A stretch of 64,000 nucleotides of DNA. Origin: Oscillospiraceae bacterium (lineage in GTDB: Bacteria; Bacillota; Clostridia; Oscillospirales; UBA644). Both the position numbers and the translations under genes were made by a program. The notes below the pieces were generated by a model. It worked only from the letters and a program-made list of their open reading frames with translations, was not told the DNA's origin and made no database searches. The stretch's first letter is position 1; every line of letters begins with the position of its first letter. The DNA is taken from contig SVMT01000007.1 of NCBI GenBank assembly GCA_015067305.1, positions 28,770 through 92,769 on the forward strand, in the 5' to 3' direction. Of the stretch, positions 35,365 through 44,412 are shown piece by piece.

Positions 35365-36621
35365 TTATATTTTCAGCATGGGACGGAGTCTTGAAAGTGT
35401 GACTCTGTTACGCATGAAAGCGTGATATTTCATTGCGATATCGTACTGTTCTTCGGACATACCGATCTCTTCAATGGTGGTTGCCGCATGGACAGTGTTC
35501 ATGAGCTTCATCAATTCCTCATCATCGGGAAGAGTATTCTTGATGATCTCTCTGATCTTGGGCCAGCAAGCCTTGAGATGTTCGGGGTCGATATCGTCGA
35601 TAACTGAATTTTCGTTCATTTTCATCATAGAAGGTGCAAGTTTGGGACCGTAAGCTTTCTGAATTTCGTCCCAATCGAGGTTTTCCTTTTCGGGGAAGAC
35701 TTCTTCGATCTTGGCAAGTTCTCTGTAGACTTTATTGATATGTACGGTGGCAACGCCTACTTTTTTGCCGTGGTAGTCGGAAAGTTCGCCTTTTTCGATT
35801 TTTTGAATCTCCCAAAGGTGAGCGATCATATGTTCAGCACCTGATGCAGGTCTGGAGCAACCTGCAAGAGCCATTGAAACGCCTGAAAGCACAAGAGCTT
35901 CCATAACAGCGCCTGCGGCGGTTTCATCCTTTTCGGGTATCATGGGTGCAAGTCTGATAAGTTCAGCAACAGCGTCATTTACGAGTGCCGCGATCTTTTC
36001 GCAATAATATTCACCTGTAACGAGGTTTGAAACCTGCCAGTCAACGGAAGCGATAAGCTTACCTATAACATCGCCGAAGCCTGCGGCTTTCAGTTCCGTG
36101 GGGGATTCAGCGAGAATTCTTGTATCAGCAATGATGACCATAGGTTCACGTGCGACACGGGATTCCTTAAAGCTATCCTTGATTATGGGAGCAATATTTG
36201 AAGCGAAGCCGTCCATTGAGGGTGCGGTTGCGAAAATTGCAAAGGGTTTGTTGTGACGTGCGGCGGTGAGGCGGCTGATGTCGTTTACAGAGCCTGTACC
36301 GACGGAGAAAATACCGTCGCAATCGGCGGAAATTTCTTCAAGCTCTTCAACGTCGTGCATCCAAGCTTCTTTTTTGATGCCGTAAATGTGAGTTTTGACC
36401 TGAAAACCGCCTTTTTCCAGAACTTCAAGAATTCCGTCGGCTGCTTTGATCGAAGCAGAATCCGCCGTTACGAGAATTTTTTTCGGGAAGCCGTTTTTAT
36501 CAAGAATTTCAGCGGCTTTTTCAAGCATACCGTGACCGATCTGAACATCTTTGATGCCGACCGTATGGTCTCTGCCGCAAGGGCAATTTTTCAAAGGTTC
36601 CAAAAGTTTGTTTATATCCAT
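35365..36621 (-). CDS. iron-containing alcohol dehydrogenase superfamily protein, sn-glycerol-1-phosphate dehydrogenase-like (AraM/EgsA type)
   Basis: Rossmann-like N-half with GTGSVNDI, metal-binding His region (SGAEHMIAHLWE); start taken at MDINKLL. Confidence 0.6.
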   Translation of the reverse strand: MDINKLLEPLKNCPCGRDHTVGIKDVQIGHGMLEKAAEILDKNGFPKKILVTADSASIKAADGILEVLEKGGFQVKTHIYGIKKEAWMHDVEELEEISADCDGIFSVGTGSVNDISRLTAARHNKPFAIFATAPSMDGFASNIAPIIKDSFKESRVAREPMVIIADTRILAESPTELKAAGFGDVIGKLIASVDWQVSNLVTGEYYCEKIAALVNDAVAELIRLAPMIPEKDETAAGAVMEALVLSGVSMALAGCSRPASGAEHMIAHLWEIQKIEKGELSDYHGKKVGVATVHINKVYRELAKIEEVFPEKENLDWDEIQKAYGPKLAPSMMKMNENSVIDDIDPEHLKACWPKIREIIKNTLPDDEELMKLMNTVHAATTIEEIGMSEEQYDIAMKYHAFMRNRVTLSRLRPMLKI

Positions 36622-36656
36622 AGTTAATACCACCCTATTTATTATCATTACATATA

Positions 36657-36686
36657 ATTATACCACCAACAGGCGGCTTTTGTCAA
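36657..36686 (-). promoter_or_regulatory. promoter of the G1PDH-like gene (TTGACA-18-TATAAT), sequence-related to the serC promoter
   Basis: minus-strand TTGACAaaagccgcctgttggtggTATAAT. Confidence 0.6.
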
Positions 36687-36762
36687 TAGAAATCCTGTTA
36701 ATTAAATAGGACAAATAAAAGAGGATATCCGCAATGAGATACCCTCTTGATTTTTCACTTAT

Positions 36763-37539
36763 TTACGTTACAGGTTCGGAGCTGACCCAATAGTATGACC
36801 CAGCTTCACTTTGTTTAAAAATATGTTTATAGTTAACACCATATTCTTCAAAATATTTTGAGTCTATTGTTATTTCTCCATCTTTATACTTTTCTCTTTC
36901 CATTGAACAGATAATTTCAGAATTGGACTCATCAAAGCTTGAGTAAACATAGACGATTTCAGCAAAATAATCCGCAAATGTTCTTAATATCTTATTATAT
37001 ATATAAATATATTCTCCATCTTGTTCATACGAAGAAAACTTCGCTGCATATATCGGATCAAAAAGGTTTGGATCCACCGGACTTCCTTCAAACCTGTCAT
37101 TTAACTCATCATACACATATATACAACCTCCAGGACGCCATGATTCTTTATCAATAACAACATCAGGACCAAACAACTCTATAGCATCATTCTGAATATC
37201 TTGATAATCATAATACGGCGCAGAACTTCCTATTTCTTTATAAAGAGAATCCTGATTTAACCACAAAACTAAATACTTCAAATCATCATTTGAAATATTC
37301 TTTAATGTAACTTGATAATCTTTATAAAAAATCAATCTTTCAGACACATTACGATTTCCTAATAAAGTATCATGCAACTTTATGATTTCAGGGTCCTCCA
37401 CTTTAATGACTTCATCGCTATTCAATCCATCCTCATCATCATTAAGACTGTTACTATTAGTATCGCATCCAATCAACGCAGAAAAAAGAATAACAATCAT
37501 CGAAATCATCAATAATTTACAAAATGAATTATTTAACAC
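36763..37539 (-). CDS. hypothetical lipoprotein in an AT-rich islet
   Basis: signal peptide plus lipobox LIGC; AT-rich, and uses TTA/TCA codons that the flanking genes avoid. Confidence 0.55.
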   Translation of the reverse strand: MLNNSFCKLLMISMIVILFSALIGCDTNSNSLNDDEDGLNSDEVIKVEDPEIIKLHDTLLGNRNVSERLIFYKDYQVTLKNISNDDLKYLVLWLNQDSLYKEIGSSAPYYDYQDIQNDAIELFGPDVVIDKESWRPGGCIYVYDELNDRFEGSPVDPNLFDPIYAAKFSSYEQDGEYIYIYNKILRTFADYFAEIVYVYSSFDESNSEIICSMEREKYKDGEITIDSKYFEEYGVNYKHIFKQSEAGSYYWVSSEPVT

Positions 37540-37790
37540 AATATCACCATCCTCAAAAATGCTCCACGTATTGCACGAGAAACCCTTTCGTCATACTAAT
37601 TAATTTATGGAGATTCAAAGACCCAACCAAAAGATTTATACTTGGATACTAACTCTTCATATGTAGTGGAGGTATAAACTATCTTACAATTTCCACCAAC
37701 ATTTGCACGGTATAACCAAACCTCATAACCATCAATAGATGTAAAGTGACAAACTACCCTCCTTCATTTTATTATTTCTATGTTATTTAT

Positions 37791-37819
37791 ATTATAACAT
37801 ATTTTCTGAAATTTGTCAA
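37791..37819 (-). promoter_or_regulatory. consensus promoter (TTGACA-17-TATAAT) at the head of the AT-rich islet
   Basis: minus-strand TTGACAaatttcagaaaatatgtTATAAT. Confidence 0.6.
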
Positions 37820-37907
37820 CACATAAAAGAACCAATGATTTTCCAAAAAGGTATTTAATATTATACAAAATTGCCATATCAGTTGAATGATAGGGCAATT
37901 TTCATAA

Positions 37908-39038
37908 TCATATTCTTTTTCCGTAAATGAGGCGTTTTTCCTGATAGAAATCCTCGAAAGTATCGTTTTCCAGGTGGAAACGGATATCTTCCATAAGTTT
38001 GTTGTAGAAGCGCAGGTTGTGCATGACTGCAAGGCGCATACCCAACATTTCCCCTGCCTTGAACAGGTGGCGGAGATATGCTTTTGTATGGCTTTGGCAC
38101 AAAGAACAGTCACATTCTTCGTCAAGGGGTGTGAAATCCTGCGCATATTTTTCGTTCATGATGTTTATGATACCCTTGCTTGTGAAAAGATGTCCATGGC
38201 GGGCATTTCTGCTGGGCATTACGCAGTCGAAGAAGTCAACGCCTCTGTGAACCGCTTCAAGAATATTAACAGGAGTACCTACACCCATGAGGTAACGAAC
38301 CTTATTTTCGGGCATAAAAGGCTCAACAGCTTCGATTATGCGGTACATTTCCTCTGCGGATTCTCCGACAGCGAGACCGCCTATCGCGTAACCGTCAAGA
38401 TCAAGCGCCGCAATGTCACGCATATGACGAGCCCTGAGATCCTCGTATGTACTGCCCTGATTTATGCCGAACAGGAGCTGATTTGGGTTCACAGCTTCAC
38501 CCGATGCGTTCAGTTTTGCCATTTCAGCCTGACAGCGCGCAAGCCAACGGTAAGTTCTTTCGATGGAACGGCGGGTATATTCGTATTCCGCAGGGTTTTC
38601 GATACATTCGTCAAACGCCATGGCTATGGTAGAACCGAGATTCGACTGTATCTGCATACTTTCTTCGGGACCCATAAATATTTTTTTGCCGTCTATGTGA
38701 GAATTGAAGGTAACGCCTTCCTCTTTGATCTTGCGAAGTCCTGCAAGTGAAAACACCTGAAAACCACCGCTATCTGTCAAAATGGGATGCTTCCAACCCG
38801 TAAAGCCCTGAAGACCGCCCGCATTATGAACGAGTTTGTCCCCCGGACGCAGATGGAGGTGATATGTATTGCTGAGCATTACCTGACAGCCGACAGATTC
38901 AAGGTCGAAAGCGGAAACGCCGCCTTTTATTGCTGCCGCTGTGGCAACATTCATAAAAAGAGGGGTCTTCACAGTACCGTGAACAGTTTCAAATTTTCCT
39001 AGACGGGCATTGCCCTGTTTTTTTATAAGTGTAAACAT
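37908..39038 (-). CDS. tgt: tRNA-guanine(34) transglycosylase (queuine tRNA-ribosyltransferase)
   Basis: G.ARLG...T.HG...TP.FM.V.T, TDSGGFQV, zinc site C.C..C...H. Confidence 0.95.
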   Translation of the reverse strand: MFTLIKKQGNARLGKFETVHGTVKTPLFMNVATAAAIKGGVSAFDLESVGCQVMLSNTYHLHLRPGDKLVHNAGGLQGFTGWKHPILTDSGGFQVFSLAGLRKIKEEGVTFNSHIDGKKIFMGPEESMQIQSNLGSTIAMAFDECIENPAEYEYTRRSIERTYRWLARCQAEMAKLNASGEAVNPNQLLFGINQGSTYEDLRARHMRDIAALDLDGYAIGGLAVGESAEEMYRIIEAVEPFMPENKVRYLMGVGTPVNILEAVHRGVDFFDCVMPSRNARHGHLFTSKGIINIMNEKYAQDFTPLDEECDCSLCQSHTKAYLRHLFKAGEMLGMRLAVMHNLRFYNKLMEDIRFHLENDTFEDFYQEKRLIYGKRI

Positions 39039-39054
39039 AATAATATCCTATTCG

Positions 39055-40785
39055 TTATTCGTCTTTTTCTGCGGCATCAACATACGCCGTTTTGTAATTT
39101 GTATAGATAACCATACCGGGCTTTGCACCTGATGGTTTTTTGACATATCTGACTTCTGCGTAATCCACAGCGATCTGCTTACCGTTTGCCTTACTGTTTG
39201 TTGCGGCAAGAACTGCGGCTTCTGTCAGGGTAGAATCGGGAACAGTCTCACCCTCTGCGGCTACGACAACATGTGAACCGGGATAATTTTTAACATGGAA
39301 CCAGATGTCGTGCTTATCCGCAAACTTCAATGTCAGATAGTCGTTCTGAATATTATTTTTTCCGTAATAAATGGTAAATCCGTCGGAAGAAACAGTTTTT
39401 TCAAGCTTGACGCTCTCCTGTTTTTTTGGTTTTTTACCGTTATTTTTCTGTTTTTGGAGTTTATTTTTCAGATAACCGCTTTGCGAAAGTTCCTTTCTGA
39501 TCTCATCAGCGTCTTCACGATTCTTGACTCTGGCAAGCTCTTCAAAAACGCTGTCAATATATTTCAGCTCGTCTTCCGCTTCAATTATCTGCTCCGTCAG
39601 TATCTCTTTTGCACTCTGAGCCTTTTTATACTTTTTATAATACTGCTGAGCGTTTTTCGCAGGTGTGAGCCTTTCGTCCAGAAGGACTTCAGCCATTTCG
39701 GGAGGGTCAACGCTGTAGTCCGTCAGCATCGCTTTTGTCATCCCCTGCTTAATTTTGTAAATTTCAGCAGTTATCATGTCTCCGTAAGTTTTGAATATCT
39801 GAGCCTTTTCGCTTTCGGCAAGTTCTTCACGCTGAGATTCTATTTTTTTCAGTAAGCGACTCTGAGCATTGGAAAGAACCTTGAAAATATCAGCAGTTAT
39901 GCGCTTTGTATGCTCCGCTTCATCTTTTTCGATGTAAAATTTATCCAGCGCCGCAGAACAATTATCCGCCTCAAACGCTGTGTACATAAATCCGTACTGA
40001 CGAATAGGGAAACAATAGAACTCCCCTGCTTTCGGAATTACACAGGGTTTATAATTGTGTTCTGAAAGATCTGTTTTAAATTTCTGCAGCTGATAAACCA
40101 GATTTTCACGCTGTTCGGGTGTAAAATTGCACAAAGGAAGATTTGTATCCCCCGTAGCAAGGAACGTAAGTTCACGAACCAAAAGAGGCGAAAAACCCTG
40201 ATATTTTCCCAAAAGGTACTTATCGGCACGCTGCTCGGAAGTGAAGTCGATATCGAAATCTTCCTCTTCAAGGATAGATTTTTTATTCTGTTCGGGTGGC
40301 ATTTTATAGTAGATTCCCGGAAGTATCTGTCTCTTGGAAGAAGTGGTGTAATCCACCTGTTTTATTGCGTCGTGTATCAGGTATTCGCTGTCAGTCAGGA
40401 TTATGTTGCTGAATCTACCCATGACCTCAATAATAAGCTTTTTCCGGGTGAGGTCGAACATTTCCGTTGTACATTCAAATGTAATTTCTACAGCACGCTC
40501 AAAGCCCTTTTGCTCAACGGAAATTATCTTTGAGGGCATAAGATGTTTACGCAGAAGCATACAGAAATTGGGAGCAAACGCAGGGTTTTCCTTTGTCGCT
40601 TCCGTAAGATGTATTCGTGATGATGAGGGATTTGCGGACAAAAGAAGCTTAAAATTACCGTTATTTCGGATATTTAAGACAATTTCATCCTTTTCGGGTT
40701 GAAGAACTTTATCAACCCTGCCGCCCACAAGAGCATCGGAAAGCTCCTTCGTGAGGGCATGAATCATTATACCGTCAGATGGCAT
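39055..40785 (-). CDS. rqcH: ribosome quality control protein RqcH (NFACT / fibronectin-binding protein A family)
   Basis: NFACT-N start (DGIMIHALTKEL...L.GGR..K..QPEKDE), coiled-coil middle, NFACT-R C-terminus (PGSHVV). Confidence 0.85.
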   Translation of the reverse strand: MPSDGIMIHALTKELSDALVGGRVDKVLQPEKDEIVLNIRNNGNFKLLLSANPSSSRIHLTEATKENPAFAPNFCMLLRKHLMPSKIISVEQKGFERAVEITFECTTEMFDLTRKKLIIEVMGRFSNIILTDSEYLIHDAIKQVDYTTSSKRQILPGIYYKMPPEQNKKSILEEEDFDIDFTSEQRADKYLLGKYQGFSPLLVRELTFLATGDTNLPLCNFTPEQRENLVYQLQKFKTDLSEHNYKPCVIPKAGEFYCFPIRQYGFMYTAFEADNCSAALDKFYIEKDEAEHTKRITADIFKVLSNAQSRLLKKIESQREELAESEKAQIFKTYGDMITAEIYKIKQGMTKAMLTDYSVDPPEMAEVLLDERLTPAKNAQQYYKKYKKAQSAKEILTEQIIEAEDELKYIDSVFEELARVKNREDADEIRKELSQSGYLKNKLQKQKNNGKKPKKQESVKLEKTVSSDGFTIYYGKNNIQNDYLTLKFADKHDIWFHVKNYPGSHVVVAAEGETVPDSTLTEAAVLAATNSKANGKQIAVDYAEVRYVKKPSGAKPGMVIYTNYKTAYVDAAEKDE

Positions 40786-40803
40786 AGTGTCTCCTAATAT
40801 ATA

Positions 40804-41562
40804 TTAAACTTTTTCAGTAAATTTGCAGTTGAAAATCTCAACAGAAACATCGTTGAGGGTTGAAAGTATGTAATCTTTGAGTGGCTCAAGTACCACATTT
40901 TCCGTGTGATAATGACCTGCAACAACGAGGTTCATGCCCATTTCAACAGCATCGGCAAAGTGGTTATATTTTGCCTCACCTGTAACAAGCGTATCGGCAC
41001 CTGCTTTTTTCGCATCTGAAAGCGCACTTCCGCCCGAACCGCCAACAACACAGACATTTTTAACAGGAATCTTACCCGAAAACTCAACGCCGTCAGCACC
41101 GAGAGATTCTTTCACATACAGCGCAAAAGAACGGACATCAGTCTCCGAAACTCTGCCTATTCTACCGAGACCCGACTCTTCGGGATCGTCGCTTTCTACG
41201 GACTGAATATCTGTAAGTCCAAGCTTTAACGCAAGGGCATCATTCACGCCGCCTTCGGCTTTATCAAGATTCGTGTGCGCAGAAATGACGGAAATGTCGT
41301 TTCTGATAAGCATATACTGCAAAGAATCGTCGGATATTCTCTTCATGGGGTTGAAAATAACAGGGTGATGAGACACAATAAGCTCAGCACCGACAGAAAT
41401 TGCCTTTTCGACAGCTTCACGGGTCACGTCAAGTGTAAGAAGTATCTTTGAAACTTTCTTATTTTTGCCGCCTATAAGTATCCCCGTGTTGTCAAAACCC
41501 ATTGATGAATCAAAGGGCGCAAGGACATCAAGAAAATAAAGTACATCATTTACGTTGGACAT
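40804..41562 (-). CDS. Nif3-like dinuclear metal centre protein (YqfO family)
   Basis: ...FDN.G...G......KIL..LD......A......LI.SHHP..F; conserved trmK-nif3 neighbourhood. Confidence 0.85.
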   Translation of the reverse strand: MSNVNDVLYFLDVLAPFDSSMGFDNTGILIGGKNKKVSKILLTLDVTREAVEKAISVGAELIVSHHPVIFNPMKRISDDSLQYMLIRNDISVISAHTNLDKAEGGVNDALALKLGLTDIQSVESDDPEESGLGRIGRVSETDVRSFALYVKESLGADGVEFSGKIPVKNVCVVGGSGGSALSDAKKAGADTLVTGEAKYNHFADAVEMGMNLVVAGHYHTENVVLEPLKDYILSTLNDVSVEIFNCKFTEKV

Positions 41563-41577
41563 GGTGTGTTCCTCTGA

Positions 41578-42261
41578 TCAGATTTTTACAAGTTCCAATA
41601 TTTTTTCAAGCTCCGCAAGTTCACGCTCAATTTTGGCAATTTCCCCTGTTTTAGGTACGCTTGCATGACGAAGACCTTCCAGAACACGGGTCTCCTTGCG
41701 GATATATTTCATTATATAAGCCTCTCCGTCAGCACTTTTCTTGCCGCAAAATACAGGAGAAGCAAGAACATCACGGTATGTATAGCTTTCAGTCTTACCG
41801 CTTTCAGCAGAAATGACGGTATAAACATGACCAGGCTCAGAAACGGCTGTTTCATCGGTAATTCTATAGCCGTGAGTGTAGAGATATTCCCTCAAGGTCT
41901 GCTCCTCCGTCATTGGCTGAAGCACCAGCTTTGCATTTTCGGGAGGCCGTTTCGCCTCCAAAATAGAAACTATCGTCTCCCCACCCATTCCCGCAATAAC
42001 AAGAGTATCGTAGTCTTCGGGGATATCGAGAATCCCATTGCTGAGAAAAGTCTCCGCTTTATCGGATAGGCCGCTTTCAAGAATTATTTCCGCCGCACGG
42101 GAAAGGGGTTGTTCCCGAATATCGGAAGCATAAGCCCTGCCGCAAAGGTCATTTTCCAGCATATACACGGGAATATAGCCGTGATCAGTACCGACATCGG
42201 CGAGAATTTTACACTTTCCCGCCGCATCGGCAACAGTCTGAAGTCGTGGTGATAATTTCAT
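41578..42261 (-). CDS. trmK: tRNA (adenine(22)-N(1))-methyltransferase TrmK (YqfN family)
   Basis: MKLS.RL..VA......ILADVGTDH.Y.P..........A.A.D, ..IAGMGG..I..IL. Confidence 0.8.
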   Translation of the reverse strand: MKLSPRLQTVADAAGKCKILADVGTDHGYIPVYMLENDLCGRAYASDIREQPLSRAAEIILESGLSDKAETFLSNGILDIPEDYDTLVIAGMGGETIVSILEAKRPPENAKLVLQPMTEEQTLREYLYTHGYRITDETAVSEPGHVYTVISAESGKTESYTYRDVLASPVFCGKKSADGEAYIMKYIRKETRVLEGLRHASVPKTGEIAKIERELAELEKILELVKI

Positions 42262-42458
42262 CAGTCTTCGTTGAGAGCCACGAGAAGTTCGTCAACGTCG
42301 ATATCATGAACGAGACAAGCCTCTTCAATGGATTCGTTTCTTGCAACGGCACAGCCTACGCAGTGCATACCAAAATCCATGAGTATCTCAGCCGCATTGG
42401 GGCAGATCTTCAGAATATCGCCAATAAGCATTTCTTTTGTAATTTCAGGTCTTTCCAT
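42261..42458 (-). CDS. DUF1858 domain protein (hybrid-cluster-protein-associated redox disulfide type)
   Basis: 65 aa, IT..M.IG.IL...P.A..IL...GMHC.GC pattern. Confidence 0.7.
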   Translation of the reverse strand: MERPEITKEMLIGDILKICPNAAEILMDFGMHCVGCAVARNESIEEACLVHDIDVDELLVALNED

Positions 42459-42473
42459 AATAAACAGATCTCC

Positions 42474-43325
42474 TTAAATCATTTTTTTGATTCTGTCATT
42501 GACATCATTTTTGAAGCTGTCAATGTATTTATTTATAAATTCCGCAATATCAAGGGAATCGTCCTCGATCAACGGTGTCATATCAATGGCATACATGAGG
42601 CTTTCGGCATTATCCGTGCCGTGTGACTCAAAATATGTGGCGTTTGCAGTTCGTCTGCCCTGAGTCGCAAGATCGTAGCGTTTTCCGCCTGCGACCTGAG
42701 AATCGAACAAAGATACCAGCGATGCAGCCATATTCTGATGTGCGGTTACATCAAAAACCGTTTTTTCGCTGTCATTTACCCAATCAAGACTTCTCCAGAC
42801 CTCGCCGCCGTAGAGTTTTTTTGGACGGTCAGCCTTGGGGAGACGGCGTATAGCGTTTATAAGTTTTACCGCTACAGCCACATGAGTGTCGTGCTTGTCC
42901 GCAAGATTATGAGTAAAAATAACCTCAGGACGTGCTGAAAGGATAAGATTTTTCAGATCTTCGCAAACCGCTTCATTTTCGGGAGTCTTCACTTCCCTGC
43001 TTGAATAATTCAGCATTGCCAGAGATCCGTATTCACCCACAAAAGCTGCTTTTTTCTGTTCAAGACGGCGGACAGCCATCATTTCCTCATCGGTATAATC
43101 GGAATAAAGACCTGTTCTGGGACTTCCTGCGCCGTCAGTTACAACAACTGCGGAAAACCATTTGTCTTTTTTGCCGAAACAGTCAAGGATCCCCGCCCAA
43201 CACATCAGTTCAATATCATCCTGATGAGCAGACACGCCCATACAGGTGGTCCGTGCAAAGGCTTCATCTTCGGAAACGCCGTCGAAAACATAAATTTCCG
43301 CATTTTCGTTCAGTTTCAAACTCAT
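42474..43325 (-). CDS. PIG-L/LmbE-family N-acetylglucosaminyl deacetylase
   Basis: AHQDDIE metal-binding motif and family layout; overlaps the upstream SIS gene by 4 nt. Confidence 0.75.
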   Translation of the reverse strand: MSLKLNENAEIYVFDGVSEDEAFARTTCMGVSAHQDDIELMCWAGILDCFGKKDKWFSAVVVTDGAGSPRTGLYSDYTDEEMMAVRRLEQKKAAFVGEYGSLAMLNYSSREVKTPENEAVCEDLKNLILSARPEVIFTHNLADKHDTHVAVAVKLINAIRRLPKADRPKKLYGGEVWRSLDWVNDSEKTVFDVTAHQNMAASLVSLFDSQVAGGKRYDLATQGRRTANATYFESHGTDNAESLMYAIDMTPLIEDDSLDIAEFINKYIDSFKNDVNDRIKKMI

Positions 43326-44362
43326 TTTGTAATAGTAACCTTATTAAGACCTCTGGGAGCGTCGGGGTTCCTGCCCTTAACTTCCGCAAGGTTGCAAGCA
43401 AAAAGCTGTGCAAATGTCGCATAATAGAATGCCGCGATCATGTCTTCTTTATCAGCAAAGGGAAGCTGGAAACCGACATCGCCTTCCGCAATAAGGTCTT
43501 CGTCATCTGTTACCATAAGGAGGTCAGCACCGACAGCCTGAAGCTTTTTGATCATATCCATGGAATCCTGAGCAACGGGACCTGCAGGCATATACATAAT
43601 TACAGGCATACCTTCATCAACCATTGCAAAAGGACCGTGGTGGAAGTCGGAAATGGGATAGCCTTTTGCAAGAACATAGTTTGTTTCCTGAATTTTCAGA
43701 GCGCCTTCAAGTGCAAGAGGATAGTTCACACCTCTTGAAAGGATAAACGCTTCTTTCATGAATCTGTAACGAGTTGCAATAGCTGCGATCTCTTCATTTC
43801 TGAAAAGGATCTGGCAGATCTTTTCGGGAACTTTTTCAAGTTTTGCAAGAATATCTTTTCTGTCAGCCCACATTGCAACGATATGCGCAATGGTGTAGAT
43901 CTGAGCAGAGAAAGTTTTCGTAGCGGCAACGCTCTTTTCTTCTCCAACATTGAGGAAGAAGTTATAATCACCGATAAGTGCAAGAGGTGATGTGTTGTCA
44001 TTTGTGATAGTTACAATGATAGCACCTGACTCTTTAGCCATTTCTACATATTCGATAACGTCAGCAGCCTTACCTGATTGCGAGATCGCAAGAACTACAG
44101 AATCGGACAGGTCAAGAGTTGCACCGTAACGTGTAACAACGGACATAGCAGCCAAGGAAACGGGAACACCGACAAGGCTTTCAATAATATATTTACCGTA
44201 TGTTCCTGCGTGGTCAGATGTACCTCTTGCGGCAACAACAACATTTTTGATCTTTGTTGACTGAAGCTTTTCAGCAAGTTCCACAAACAGTTTTTCGTTT
44301 GTCTCATAGCAGGTTTTAAGTTTTTCAGGTACTTCAAAAATTTCTTTTTCCATCAATGTCAT
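43322..44362 (-). CDS. SIS-domain sugar isomerase/deaminase (GlmS isomerase-half-like; GlcN-6-P deaminase or AgaS/FrlB type)
   Basis: two SIS modules (AARGTSDHA..., ISQSGKAAD..., SRGVNYP.ALEGALK..E). Confidence 0.8.
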   Translation of the reverse strand: MTLMEKEIFEVPEKLKTCYETNEKLFVELAEKLQSTKIKNVVVAARGTSDHAGTYGKYIIESLVGVPVSLAAMSVVTRYGATLDLSDSVVLAISQSGKAADVIEYVEMAKESGAIIVTITNDNTSPLALIGDYNFFLNVGEEKSVAATKTFSAQIYTIAHIVAMWADRKDILAKLEKVPEKICQILFRNEEIAAIATRYRFMKEAFILSRGVNYPLALEGALKIQETNYVLAKGYPISDFHHGPFAMVDEGMPVIMYMPAGPVAQDSMDMIKKLQAVGADLLMVTDDEDLIAEGDVGFQLPFADKEDMIAAFYYATFAQLFACNLAEVKGRNPDAPRGLNKVTITK

Positions 44363-44412
44363 GGTAAATTTCTCCCTTTGGTTTTATTTTAGTTTTATCT
44401 TTATTTTTTATA

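Noticed and set aside
37605-37767. Calling the 50-codon frame in the AT-rich islet a CDS
   Set aside because: The frame has no ATG, GTG or TTG start. The ATG next to the RBS is in a different frame and stops after 11 codons. It is treated as a possible frameshifted remnant or leader only.
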